From an uncultured delta proteobacterium (GTDB lineage: Bacteria; Desulfobacterota; Binatia; UBA9968): a stretch of 64,000 nucleotides of DNA. Below, in pieces: positions 29,788 through 40,776 of this stretch. The DNA is taken from the NCBI GenBank assembly GCA_963755715.1, contig CAVWLW010000045.1, positions 32,001 to 96,000 of the forward strand, read 5' to 3'. The notes under the pieces were generated by a model. That model was given only the letters and a program-made list of their open reading frames with translations. It did not search any database and had not been told where the DNA came from. Both the position numbers and the translations under genes were made by a program. Every line of letters starts with the position of its first letter. The first letter of the stretch is position 1.

Positions 29788-31237
29788 ATGAGTATTCGCA
29801 TTGACGGCGGAGTAGTGGTGGGCTGGTCCGGGACCCGTCATGAGATCGTGCCGAATGGCTCGGTTCTCATCGACGGCAATACCGTTAAATCAGTAAGCAC
29901 GGACAAGTCACAAAGCGCAGACCGGGTGATCGATGCGGCCGGAAAAATCGTTTGTCCCGGCTTCGTCAATCTGCACGTTCATTCCCAGCTCAATATCGGC
30001 GACTATCTGCTCACCGACGTGACGAAGAAAGATTATCTCGCCGCCAATTGGTTTGTCTTCGGCGCGCCGCTCAAAGAGAAGATCGAACCGCCCGCGCCAC
30101 CGGCCGTCGCGATGGGGCGGAAAGTATGCGCTTTATAGCGCGCTCAGAAATGGCGCGACAACCGTCTTGGATCCTGGAGGCGGACCGGGCGCTTTGGATG
30201 ATTACGTTGCTATCGTCGGACAAACCGGCGGTCGGGTGTTTTTCAGCCCGCCGTTCCGGAGCCATGATATTTTCACCGACGCCGAGGGTCGTCACTACTA
30301 TGAAGAGAGAGCGGACAGGGGACGCCCGGGTTTGAAAGTCGCGGTGGACTTCATCAAAAAGTTTCATGGCGCGCACAACGGACGCTTGCAAGGTATTCTA
30401 AATCCGGCGCAAGCCGAGACCTGCGAGCCGTCGCTGCTCAAAGAAAGCGTCGCCGCTGCGAAAGAATTGGATGTGCCGATCCATATTCACGCCGGCGGCA
30501 ACTTTCGTGAGTTTCTCGAAATCCTAAATAAGTATCGCAAGCCCGTAGCCGAGTATCTCGCCGACGTGGGCATCCTCGGACCGCGCACGACCCTCGGCCA
30601 CATGGCGATCACCGGCGGCCACTCGCGGGTCGATTATCCGCGCGGCGACGAGCTGAAGATTCTCGCCGAGACCGGCGCGACCATCGGACACTGTCCGCAC
30701 AAGTGCGCCAAGATGGCCTTCGCCATGGAATCCTTCGACCAGTATCTGGAAGCGGGCGTGCGAATTGGCTTGGGGACGGATACTTATCCCCTCGATATCG
30801 TCTCCGAGATGCGTTACGCGTCGCTGATATCGCGCCTCATCGACAGAAAGGCTTCCGGCGCGAGAGCGGCGGACGTGTTCAACGCTGCGACCATCGGCGG
30901 CGCCAATGCGCTCGGCCGCACCGATTTGGGCCGGCTCGCCGCCGGAGCGAAGGCCGATGTCGTAATTCTCAATCTGCGCACCACCCGTTACGGTCCCGTG
31001 CGCGATCCGATCAACGCGCTGGTCGAATACGGCAGCGGCGCCGACGTCGAGACAGTAATCGTCGACGGCGAAGTGGTTGTCGAGAACGGCCGTTCCACGC
31101 GCATCGATGACGACGAGTTATTTGCGCAAGCGCAAACCGGCGCCAATCGCGCATGGGATAATTGGGCGGCGCGCGATTGGAACGGCAGAACCGTCGAGCA
31201 AATCATTCCGCCGGCTTTTCCGACGCGAAAAATTTAA
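29788..31237 (+). CDS. Metal-dependent amidohydrolase, chlorohydrolase/deaminase type (frameshift ~30121)
   Basis: PGFVNLHVH, PIHIH, GLGTD, G.L..G.KADVV, V.TVIVDG. Confidence 0.85.
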
Positions 31238-31349
31238 GAGTAAAACTCTAGGTACACTCTTAAGGAAAGTCCCAGATTCGTGAATTCTCTTTCCGGAGAG
31301 AGCATGCTGGCAAGTTCGCATTCGCAGCTGTGGCACTGACTCTGATGGC

Positions 31350-31436
31350 TGTCATGTCGAGCGCTAGCGAGAGATCTTTCCGAATCGCATCCCCCGCGGC
31401 TCGAAGAAAGATTTCTCACATTCGTTCGAAATGACA
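31350..31436. repeat. TGTCAT...ATGACA palindromic REP/MITE-like element
   Basis: TGTCATGTCGA...GAGAGATCTTTC / GAAAGATTTCTC...TCGAAATGACA. Confidence 0.7.
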
Positions 31437-31605
31437 TTCGCAGACGTTGAACGGGGCAAACTATCCGTTGCGTTTTTCACTTTCACCTAAAAAGGGGAAA
31501 CGTGAATTATTCGCTCAATTCAATTGACCCGCCGTCATTTTTCCTGCTATCTGAATTCACACTTTCAATTTAGATAGTTAAGTTTCCTGACTAGAAAGGT
31601 ATGTA

Positions 31606-33150
31606 ATGCGCTACGGTTTCGTCATCGACCAGAACCGTTGCATCGGCTGTCATGCGTGCACGGTGGCCTGCAAAGAAGAACACAACATCGCGCTCGGCGT
31701 AAATCGCACCTGGGTCAAATACATCGAGAAAGGCCGCTATCCCGACACTCGGCGTCACTTCGCGGTGCTGCGCTGCAATCACTGCGACGATGCGCCGTGT
31801 ATCGAAATTTGTCCGACGGTCTCGCTGTTTCGCCGACCCGACGGCATCGTCGACTTCGATAATGAGCGCTGCATCGGCTGCAAATCGTGCATGCAAGCCT
31901 GCCCCTACGACGCGCTTTACATCGATCCTGAACGCAACACCGCGGCTAAGTGTAATTTCGATGCGTCGCGCGTTGAAATGGGTTACAAGCCGGCCTGCGA
32001 AGTGGTCTGTCCGACACAGGCGATTCTCTCGGGCGATCTCGACGACCCCAATAGTTTGATCAGCAAGCGTGTCGCGTTGGAGAAAGTCAGCGTGCGCAAG
32101 CCGGAGAAGGGGACGATGCCAAAATTATTTTACGTCGGCGTCGACGGCGATCTGTTGAATCCGACGATGATGGAACCGCAAGCGACGCACTTCTGGGCCG
32201 AAAAAGATCCCGGCGAAGATCTCTACGCCTTAAAGAGCGCGAACCTGAATCGTCCAATTCCCGGCGCGGCGCGTGAAGTCTACGACGTGCCGCACGCGAC
32301 GCCTTGGGGGAAAATGATCGCGTCCTATCTGTGGACGAAGTCGGTCTCCGCCGGCGTACTGCTTTTGGCCGCTTTGTTTCTAAACATGGGATTCGAGCAG
32401 GACGCCGTGCTGCTCAACGTGATCAGCCCGGCGCTGTCGCTGCTGTTTCTCGCCGCGACGATGGTGCTCTTGGTTTTGGATCTAAAAAAGCCCACGCGGT
32501 TTTTTTTCTTGCTGACCAAGCCGAATCTGAATTCTTGGTTGGTATTGGGCGGCTATGTCCTGATGATTTTTGGTCTCTTGTTGACGTTCTGGCTATTCCA
32601 GATCCACACGCAGGGTAGAGTGTCGCCGTGGGTTATTTGGCCCGCGGCACTCTTCGCGATTGCGTCCGCCGGCTATTCCGCGTTTCTCTTCGCGCAGGCG
32701 CGCGGGCGGGATTTTTGGCAGAGCCCGCTGTTGTTTTGGCACTTGCTCGTCAAGGCCGTGCTCGCCGGCGCGGCGATGTTGATTTTGATCGGCTCGTTGG
32801 AGCTTGTGACGCCTTATCGTTTCATGAGCCCGCTGATGTTCGCCTGGCTGATCAACATATTAGTAGTTTCGTTGTTTGTCAGCTTGGCGATAATTTTCAG
32901 CGAGCTATTCATGAAACACGGCGCGGAAGATGCCGTGCGCGCCGGTGAGCTCTTACTGCGCGGGCCATTGTGCAAATCCTTTTGGCTTTGTGTCGTCGGT
33001 CTGGGTGCCGTCGTGCCGGTCGGACTTATTTTCGTGCCGGTCGGATCGCTGATTCCCTTGTATGTCCTCGCTCCCATTTTGGCGCTGTTCGGACTCTGGA
33101 TGTACGACCATCTCTGGATCAAAGCAGGCCAAGCGTTACCTCTGAGTTGA
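31606..33150 (+). CDS. Fused 4Fe-4S ferredoxin (NrfC/PsrB-like) and NrfD/PsrC-type membrane anchor
   Basis: CIGCHAC..AC, CNHC...PC..ICP, CIGCKSC..ACP, KC......PAC..VCP; followed by about 8 TM helices with LVLDL..P.RF. Confidence 0.9.
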   Translation: MRYGFVIDQNRCIGCHACTVACKEEHNIALGVNRTWVKYIEKGRYPDTRRHFAVLRCNHCDDAPCIEICPTVSLFRRPDGIVDFDNERCIGCKSCMQACPYDALYIDPERNTAAKCNFDASRVEMGYKPACEVVCPTQAILSGDLDDPNSLISKRVALEKVSVRKPEKGTMPKLFYVGVDGDLLNPTMMEPQATHFWAEKDPGEDLYALKSANLNRPIPGAAREVYDVPHATPWGKMIASYLWTKSVSAGVLLLAALFLNMGFEQDAVLLNVISPALSLLFLAATMVLLVLDLKKPTRFFFLLTKPNLNSWLVLGGYVLMIFGLLLTFWLFQIHTQGRVSPWVIWPAALFAIASAGYSAFLFAQARGRDFWQSPLLFWHLLVKAVLAGAAMLILIGSLELVTPYRFMSPLMFAWLINILVVSLFVSLAIIFSELFMKHGAEDAVRAGELLLRGPLCKSFWLCVVGLGAVVPVGLIFVPVGSLIPLYVLAPILALFGLWMYDHLWIKAGQALPLS

Positions 33151-33163
33151 TAAGGAATGAAAC

Positions 33164-35994
33164 ATGAGTGACAGGCAACCTCTCAATCCCGATGCGTTGC
33201 GCTTGGAAGCCGCGAGCGGTGGTTTGGCAAGTTATCCGCCGGTGGAAAAATGGGACGACTGGGTCGAGTACGATACCGCGCAGTGGCCGCGCAAAGTCGA
33301 GAAGCATTGCCAGATCATTCCGACGATCTGTTTCAATTGCGAAGCGGCGTGCGGCCTGTTGGGTTTTGTCGAGAAGGACACGCATCGCATTCGGCGCTTC
33401 GAAGGCAATCCGGAACATCCCGGCAGCCGAGGTAGAAATTGCGCCAAAGGACCGGCGACCCTCAATCAAGTTAGCCGATCCCGAGAGAATTCGCTATCCG
33501 CTGAAACGCGTCGGCAAGCGCGGCGAAGGAAAATGGGAACGCGCGACTTGGGACGAAGTACTCGACGACATCGCCGCGCGCGTGCGCAAAGCGCTTCAAG
33601 AAGAGCGGCGCAACGAGATCATGTACCACGTCGGCCGGCCCGGGCATGAGTTGCTTTATCATCAGCGGATTCTTCATTCCTGGGGCATCGACGGCCACAA
33701 CAGCCACACCAACGTCTGTTCCGCCGGCGCGCGCGCCGGATATGCGTTTTGGTCTGGCATCGACCGGCCGTCGCCTGATCATGCCAACGCGCGCTTTATT
33801 TTGCTCCTCAGCTCACATCTCGAAGCCGGCCATTACTTCAATCCGCATGCGCAGCGGATCATCGAAGCGAAGAACGCCGGCACCAAGATCTGCGTGATCG
33901 ATACGCGGCTCTCAAATACCGCATCGAAAGCCGATTATTGGATTTCCTCTTGGCCGGGCAGCGAAGGCGCGATTCTCTTAGCGATGTGTAATATCATTCT
34001 GCAGGAAGATCTATTCGATCGCCAGTTCGTGCGCCAGTGGGTCAACTGGGAGGATTATCTGCGCGAGGAGCACGCCGACAAACCACTAACGTTCCAAACT
34101 TTCATCGCCGTTCTAAAAGAGCTCTACGCCCAATACACCCCGGAGTTCGCTGCCAAAGAAGCCGGCATCGATGCTAAAGTGATTGTCGAAGTGGCTCATG
34201 AAATCGCCAAGGCCGGTTCGGCTTTTTCTTCCCACGTTTGGCGCAACACGGCGGCGGGAAACTTGGGCGGCTGGCAAGTGGCGCGCGCGCTGCAATTTCT
34301 CGTCGTCCTCGTCGGCGCCGTCGGCACGCCCGGCGGCACCGCGCCAAACGCCGCCAATAAATTCGTTCCAATGCCGCCGCTGATGCCGCCGCCGGCAAAA
34401 GTTTGGAATGAGTTGCTGATCCCGCCGGAATATCCGCTGGCGTTTTTCGAAATGAGTTTCTTGCTGCCGCATTTCATCAAAGAAGGCCGTGGCAAGCTGG
34501 CGATGTATTTCACGCGGGTTTACAATCCCGTGTGGACCAATCCCGACGGCATGAGCTGGATCGAAATGCTGTCCGACGAAAGCAAAGTCGAGCGCCACGC
34601 TTGTCTCACGCCGACGTGGAGCGAGACAGCGTGGTTCGCCGATTATGTCCTGCCGATGGGTCACGCGTCGGAACGCCACGATCTGATGAGCCAGGAGACT
34701 CAGGCGGCGCGCTGGATCGGTTTTCGCCAGCCGATTTTGCGCGTCGCGTTGGAAAAGGAAGGCAAGAAATTCAACACGACCTACGAGGCGCACGAAGCGG
34801 CCGGTATCGGACAGGTGTGGGAGGAAGACGAATTTTGGATCGAGCTCTCGTGGCGGGTCGACCCGGACGGCTCGCTGGGTATTCGCAAACATTTCGAGTC
34901 GCCCTACGAGCCGGGCAAGAAAATGACGGTCGACGATTATTATCGGTGGATATTCGAGAACAGCGTGCCCGGACTGCCGGAAGCTGCGGCGAAGGAGGGT
35001 TTGAAGCCGCTCGATTACATGCGCAAGTACGGCGCGTTCTTGATCGAAGACAACGTTTACAAAGTCCATGAGACCGGCATCAAGTCCAGCGAGTTGCATC
35101 GATACGGCGACCGATCCGAGCAGCAATTTGATTTTGAAAAATGGCAATGCGATCGGCGTCGAGGTCGACGGCAAAGCCTGCGTCGGCTTTCCCACGCCGT
35201 CGCGCAAGCTGGAATTTTTTTCCAAGACGCTGAAAGATTGGAAATGGCCGGAGCACGCCATTCCGGGCTACATCAAGAGCCACGTCCATCCGGACAGTAT
35301 CGATCTCAATGCCGGCGAAATGCTGTTGCTTCCCACATTTCGCTTGCCGACCTTGATTCATACGCGGTCGGGGAACGCCAAGTGGCTGTACGAAATATCC
35401 AATCGCAACCCGCTCTGGATCAATTCGAAAGACGCCGAGAATCTCGAGGTCAAGACCGGCGATCTGCTAAAGGTCCACACGGAGATCGGCTACTTCATCG
35501 ACAAAGTTTGGGTGACCGAAGGAATCAAACCGGGAGTCGTTGCCTGCTCCCACCATATTGGCCGTTGGCGCTTGGCCGAAGATCAGGGCGGCGAGCGCTG
35601 GTCGACGGCGCTGGTCGATTTGAAACAGATGGGCGCGGGCAAGTGGATGATGCGACATGTTCACGGTATCAAGCCGTTCAAAAGCGACGATCCCGACTCG
35701 GAGAGAATTTTTTGGGAAGACGGTGGCGTCCATCAGAATCTGACGTTCCCGGTACAGCCCGACTACATAAGCGGCCAACATTGCTGGCATCAGAAAGTGC
35801 GGATAACCAAGCCGGGGCCGGAGGACAAATACGGCGACATCTTTGTCGACACCAACAAGTCGCACGAAGTGTACAAAAAATGGCTATTGAAAACCCGCCC
35901 GGCGCCTGGCCCGGATAATCTGCGCCGGCCGTTGTGGCTGCCGAGGTCGTACAAACCGGCGGCGGAAGCGTATTATTTGAAGGATAAAGGATGA
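33164..35994 (+). CDS. Molybdopterin (DMSO reductase family) oxidoreductase catalytic subunit (frameshifts ~33473, ~35097)
   Basis: CFNCEAAC...NCAKG FS0 motif, RI.YPLKRVG.RGEGKW, HTNVCS, SETA..ADYVLP, TPSRKLEF, C-terminal Mo-binding domain; no twin-arginine signal. Confidence 0.88.
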
Positions 35995-36013
35995 AGGCGG
36001 AACAAAAGTATCT

Positions 36014-36195
36014 AACGACAAAGAACACATAGACCAGAAAGTAGGGGCGCGATCTATCTCGCCCGCAGCTGGAAGAAACGGAAATTAAATTATTTAACCG
36101 CAAAGAACGCAAAGTGCGCAAGACAAATCGGATTTGTACGGGCCAGTTTCAAACTCGCCCTCTTCGCTTCGTGACCTTCGTGCCTCCACGGTGAA
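36014..36195. repeat. Composite intergenic repeat: two GTAG-type REP hairpins plus 9-mer CGCAAAG/CTTCGTG tracts
   Basis: GTAGGGGCGCGATCTATCTCGCCC (36041), GTACGGGCCAGTTTCAAACTCGCCC (36136), cgcaaagaa-cgcaaagtg-cgcaag and cttcgtgac-cttcgtgcc. Confidence 0.6.
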
Positions 36196-36249
36196 CGAAA
36201 ACTGTATTGCGCGATGTAGATTGACGGAGCCCATCTCAAATCAATTCGC

Positions 36250-36279
36250 TTGACAAGAATTCTTTAACTGCGGGATAGT
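36250..36279 (+). promoter_or_regulatory. Candidate sigma70 promoter for the kelch gene
   Basis: TTGACA, 18 nt spacer, GATAGT, about 50 nt before the start codon. Confidence 0.4.
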
Positions 36280-36330
36280 CCCGCGGTAGTTCTCATTCTT
36301 CGATAATTCGGAGTCTACTGGGAGGCCAAT

Positions 36331-37311
36331 ATGAAATTTGCTCTCTCGCAGCCAATCGCGTGCATGCTTTTTGTGTTTGCTGCTTGCTCACTGGATGCGC
36401 CGACGCAACCGACTCGAAGCACGTCATCTCAAGGCAGCTGGTCGAAAAAGGCGTCGATGCCGATCCAAATTGGCGAAGTTACAGTGGCCACGGCGAACGG
36501 AAAGATCTACGCTATCGGCGGCAGCACCGCTGACATCGTCGATCAGCGTCTTAACCAAGAATACGACATCGCCACCGATCGCTGGCGCGAACGCGCGCCA
36601 CTGCCTCGGGGAATGACCCACGCAGCGGCAACATCATTGAATGGAAAGATCTATGTCGTTGGAGCCTTTACGGCATCGGGCCACGGCAACGCCGTCAATC
36701 TGGTGTATGAGTATGACCCGGCAACCGACACGTGGCGTACTCTCGCGCCGCTCAAAAGTCCGCGCGGTTCGGTCGGCGTGACGGTGTTAAACGGCAAGAT
36801 CCATGCGATCGGCGGGCGCGGCGTCGACAAAGTCACGGTGACAACGCATGAAGCTTACGATCCGGCAAGCGGTAAATGGACCGAGCTGGCGCCGCTACCC
36901 AGGGCGCGCGATCATTTGGCGGTCGTGGCCGGTGGTGGACGGATTCACGCTGTCGGTGGGCGCCTTGATGCTTCTTCACAGAACACGGATTTTAACGACA
37001 TCTACAATCCGTCGACCAATACTTGGCAGGTCGGTCCACCGCTACCAACGGCGCGCAGCGGCATCGCCGGTGTGCTCTATCAAGACAAAATTTTTATTGC
37101 CGGCGGGGAATGTCGTGACAAGAAAACTTATCCGGAATTTGAAGCGTACGACCTAAAAAGCGGCCGCTGGTCCACATTTGCGCCTATGCCTGCCGGGCGA
37201 CATGGTTTTGGAGGAGTGGTGGTTGGCAACTCAGTTTACTACGCTGGCGGGGCGGTGGAATGCGGTGGTGGGGGAAGGACCAACGAGCTGTTGGTGTTTA
37301 GTTTGGGGTGA
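36331..37311 (+). CDS. Kelch-repeat beta-propeller protein, probable lipoprotein
   Basis: Six GKIYxxGG...YD....W units; FAAC lipobox-like motif; RBS GGAGG. Confidence 0.88.
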   Translation: MKFALSQPIACMLFVFAACSLDAPTQPTRSTSSQGSWSKKASMPIQIGEVTVATANGKIYAIGGSTADIVDQRLNQEYDIATDRWRERAPLPRGMTHAAATSLNGKIYVVGAFTASGHGNAVNLVYEYDPATDTWRTLAPLKSPRGSVGVTVLNGKIHAIGGRGVDKVTVTTHEAYDPASGKWTELAPLPRARDHLAVVAGGGRIHAVGGRLDASSQNTDFNDIYNPSTNTWQVGPPLPTARSGIAGVLYQDKIFIAGGECRDKKTYPEFEAYDLKSGRWSTFAPMPAGRHGFGGVVVGNSVYYAGGAVECGGGGRTNELLVFSLG

Positions 37312-37332
37312 GGAGGTCTAGAGTCCCCCGAC

Positions 37333-39186
37333 TTACACATCCAGCGGCAAGCGATTTTCACGGCAATAAGTCTCGATGATTTCTAGAAAGCGCTCTCCGA
37401 GGTCGGCGAGCTTGCGCTCGCCGACGCCGCGGATGCCGAGAAGCGCGTTGGGCGAGCCCGGTCGGACTCGCGCCATGTCGCGCAACGTGGCATCACTGAA
37501 AAGGACGTACGCCGGCACGCGGCGTTCGTCGGCGAGTTGGCGGCGCAAATTGCGCAGGGTTTCGAACAAACCAGCGTCGACGCTTTCCCAAGATTTTTCG
37601 TCGAAGCGAGTTTTTTTCACTTTGGTTTTCGGCTGGAGCAGTTGCACACTACGGTTGCCGCGCAGGACTTCGCGCGAGGCATCGGTTAGGCGCAGGACTG
37701 GACGTTCGTCGGTTGTGCGTTCCAGCAACCCGTCGTCGATGAGCTGGTAAAGCATGTTGGTGAGAGCCGGGCGAGCGGTGCCTTTCATCAAGCCGTAAGT
37801 GCTCAGCTCCTCGTGGTGCCAGCGCCGAATCCGGTCGGTACTTGCGCCTAAAAGAACGTCGACGATGTGCTCCGCGCCGAAGTGCTCGCCGGCGCGGGCG
37901 ACGCAGGAGAGAATCTTTTGCGCCGTGACCGTAGCATCGGCCAGACCTTCAACTTCGTTCAAACAAACGTCACACGCTTCGCAGGTCGGCTTCAAATATT
38001 CCTGGCCAAAGTATTCCGACAGTTTGCGGTGGCGACAATGGACGCCGCTGCACAGCCGGCGCACATGATCGAGTAGTTGGCGCGATGCGGCGATGATTTC
38101 GGGGGCCGCCTCGGCATCGCCAGCGCTTTTTTCAATCAACGATTCCCAGCGCAGCACGTCGGCGGCGGAATAGAGCAGTACGCACTCGGCTTCCAACCCG
38201 TCGCGACCGGCGCGGCCGGTTTCCTGTTGGTAATGCTCGATGGATTTCGGCATGGCGGCATGAATGACGCAGCGCACGTCGCTGCGGTCAATACCCATGC
38301 CGAAGGCGACGGTCGCGGCAACGACATCGAGATCTTCCGCGGCAAACTCGTCTTGGGTGCGGCGGCGTTCGTCGGCTTCCATGCCGGCGTGATAAAAAGC
38401 GGCGCGCAACCGGTTTGCCTGGAGAAACGAGGCCATCGATTCGGTGTCCTTGCGGCTGATGCAGTAGACGATGGCGGCCTGACGGCGATGGCGTTGCAGA
38501 ACTTCCAATACTTGTGCGCGTGCATCGACGCGCGGCACGATGCGATAGACGAGGTTCGGACGATCGAACGTGCCGACCAGGATCGCCGGATCGCGCAGGC
38601 GCAACTGTGCGGCGATATCCGCGCGCACGCGCTCGGTGGCGGTGGCGGTGTAAGCGTGCACGCTCGCCTGCGGAAAACGTTTCTTGAGACTTGCGAATTG
38701 ACGATATTCCGGGCGAAAGTCGTGGCCCCAGTGGCTGATGCAATGGGCTTCGTCGATAGCGAAGGCGCGTATTTCGAGACGCTCGACGAGTTGCAGAAAA
38801 CGTGGCGTCAGCAATCGCTCCGGCGCGACGAAGACGAGACGAAAGCGCCCTTCGAGCATCTGCTCTTCGGTTCGGCGCAGTTCTTCTGGAGTCATGCCAC
38901 TATAAAGTGCCGCCGCTGGATAACCGCATTCGCGCAACCCATCGACTTGATCCTTCATCAACGAGATAAGCGGCGACACGACGATGTCGGTTCGTTGCGC
39001 CAATTCCGGTGGCACTTGGTAGCAAAGCGATTTGCCGCCGCCCGTCGGCATGACGACCAGCGAGTCGCGTTGCTCCAGTCCGGCTTTAATCGCTTGCTCT
39101 TGGAGCGGACGCAACTCTGAATACCCCCAGTAACGGCGAACTGTGGCGAGGATGTCGCTTATCGTGAAGTTGTTCGGTGCGGTCAT
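37333..39186 (-). CDS. recQ: ATP-dependent DNA helicase RecQ
   Basis: MPTGGGKSLCYQ, IDEAHCISHWGHDFRPEY, ATVAFGMG, QETGRAGRDG, Zn-binding cysteines, RQC and HRDC domains. Confidence 0.97.
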   Translation of the reverse strand: MTAPNNFTISDILATVRRYWGYSELRPLQEQAIKAGLEQRDSLVVMPTGGGKSLCYQVPPELAQRTDIVVSPLISLMKDQVDGLRECGYPAAALYSGMTPEELRRTEEQMLEGRFRLVFVAPERLLTPRFLQLVERLEIRAFAIDEAHCISHWGHDFRPEYRQFASLKKRFPQASVHAYTATATERVRADIAAQLRLRDPAILVGTFDRPNLVYRIVPRVDARAQVLEVLQRHRRQAAIVYCISRKDTESMASFLQANRLRAAFYHAGMEADERRRTQDEFAAEDLDVVAATVAFGMGIDRSDVRCVIHAAMPKSIEHYQQETGRAGRDGLEAECVLLYSAADVLRWESLIEKSAGDAEAAPEIIAASRQLLDHVRRLCSGVHCRHRKLSEYFGQEYLKPTCEACDVCLNEVEGLADATVTAQKILSCVARAGEHFGAEHIVDVLLGASTDRIRRWHHEELSTYGLMKGTARPALTNMLYQLIDDGLLERTTDERPVLRLTDASREVLRGNRSVQLLQPKTKVKKTRFDEKSWESVDAGLFETLRNLRRQLADERRVPAYVLFSDATLRDMARVRPGSPNALLGIRGVGERKLADLGERFLEIIETYCRENRLPLDV

Positions 39187-39342
39187 TTGCAAGTAGGCAA
39201 TAGGCAGCAGGCAATTGGCATTAGTAGGAGAGGGAGTGTGCCGGCCAGACTCTCGTCGGCGTCGAAGGAAGATTCACGACTTAGTACATCCCTTCGACTC
39301 AGCCGAGGAACAACTATAGTCACATCCTGAACTGGTGACTGT

Positions 39343-40056
39343 TTAAATTCCCTCTCCCATACCTCGCTGTGTGCCTTGGATCGGCGTGCGGTTCCATTCG
39401 AGGGCTTCCTGGATTTTGCGAGGTAGGGGAGGTTTGCGCGAGGTCATGAAGTGGACGAATTCTTCTTTGCTCGAGATCAGCATGCGCGGATTATTTTGTT
39501 TCTCGTCGCCCAGGTTTGATACAGCTTCTCGGTAGTCATGACCCGGATATACACGGATTTGGTCGCCGAGCGTTTTGAGTTTTGCCAGGCTCTCGTATTG
39601 CGCTTCGGCATTGCCGCCCGGCAGATCCGTCCTGCCGCAGCCGCCGATCAAGAGCGTATCACCGGTAAAAATTCGATCTTTGAAGAGCAGACACATAGCG
39701 TCCTGGGTATGGCCCGGGGTGTAGATGACCTTGAGCGTTTGCTGGCCAAATTGGATTTCGTCGCCGTCGTCGACGCGCAGATCGATATACGGCGCGTCCG
39801 TGGCGCGGTGCATGATGACGTTTATGCCATAGCGCTCGCGCATGATTTTGCACGCGGAGTTATGGTCCGCGTGGGTGTGCGTGTCGATGGCGTAAAGCAG
39901 TTTTGCTTTGAAGAATTCCGCCAATCCGACATAAGCGTCGGCTTTGTCGATCTCGGGGTCGATGACAACGCAGATTTTCTCCTTGGCGCATCCCAAGAGA
40001 TACGACAAGCAACCTGCGGAACGAATCTGCTCGAAGAAAATTTCCTCACCAGCCAT
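39343..40056 (-). CDS. Persulfide dioxygenase (ETHE1/Sdo)-like MBL-fold protein
   Basis: CLSYLLG, DTHTHADH, TPGHT, FTGDTLLIGGCGRTD, YPGHDY, EK..NPR. Confidence 0.8.
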   Translation of the reverse strand: MAGEEIFFEQIRSAGCLSYLLGCAKEKICVVIDPEIDKADAYVGLAEFFKAKLLYAIDTHTHADHNSACKIMRERYGINVIMHRATDAPYIDLRVDDGDEIQFGQQTLKVIYTPGHTQDAMCLLFKDRIFTGDTLLIGGCGRTDLPGGNAEAQYESLAKLKTLGDQIRVYPGHDYREAVSNLGDEKQNNPRMLISSKEEFVHFMTSRKPPLPRKIQEALEWNRTPIQGTQRGMGEGI

Positions 40057-40081
40057 TAGGGTGCTTTTCGATTCGCTGGCT

Positions 40082-40636
40082 TTAGACTTTCACCACTGTT
40101 CCCTTTTCAGGGTTGTAGCGGTAGCGGTCAATCTTTTCCAGGTCATAGCTCAGGAAGCGAAACACAACTCCGGGTCCTTCGACCGCGTCGGTCGAATGAA
40201 TATCGCCGGGCAGATAAGGCATCACCACGCCGGGTGTTAGGCGGTCGAGTCTTTCTTTTTCCAACGTCGCGACGCCCGGCTGCGCGCCGTCGTCGGTGCG
40301 TTTATATTTGGTGATTTCGGTTACGCCTTGGAAAGATCCGTAGACAACCCAACAGGGGCCGTGATCATGGGGCTTGTTGCCGTGGCCTTGTTTATGAATG
40401 TGACCCATCTGAATGAAATCGAAATCTGGATCGCGGTAGAGCTCGCGCGACGGTTTGCCGTCCCGAATCAGCTCGGCCATCCAAGGATCATCCGGGCGCG
40501 TCGACGCGAAAAGTTTTTGCATCAGCGCCGCCACTTTGAACGGCAGTTGTGGGTCTTTGCCGTCGCCCCACGCGGCGCGAACTTCGGCGATATAACGCTC
40601 TAACGAATTTTCTCCTCTTCGTTCTTGCACGGCCAT
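40082..40636 (-). CDS. Cysteine-dioxygenase-like cupin
   Basis: PHDHG.CWVVYG...G.T and PGDIH motifs. Confidence 0.7.
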   Translation of the reverse strand: MAVQERRGENSLERYIAEVRAAWGDGKDPQLPFKVAALMQKLFASTRPDDPWMAELIRDGKPSRELYRDPDFDFIQMGHIHKQGHGNKPHDHGPCWVVYGSFQGVTEITKYKRTDDGAQPGVATLEKERLDRLTPGVVMPYLPGDIHSTDAVEGPGVVFRFLSYDLEKIDRYRYNPEKGTVVKV

Positions 40637-40776
40637 TGGAATCCTCCCTTTGAGAAAACATTTTTACCATTTTCCCCGAGCACTCGTCCAGCGCGAGGTG
40701 TCGATGCAGCGTTATTGACAGGGTCAGGCGGCCTCTGTTACCAAGGGAAAAAGTTTCACACAGATTGAGAGAAAGT

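Noticed and set aside
12555-35994. Programmed ribosomal frameshifting or phase variation in the split genes
   Set aside because: No slippery heptamers or long simple repeats at the sites; the affected genes are unrelated; the pattern fits assembly consensus error.
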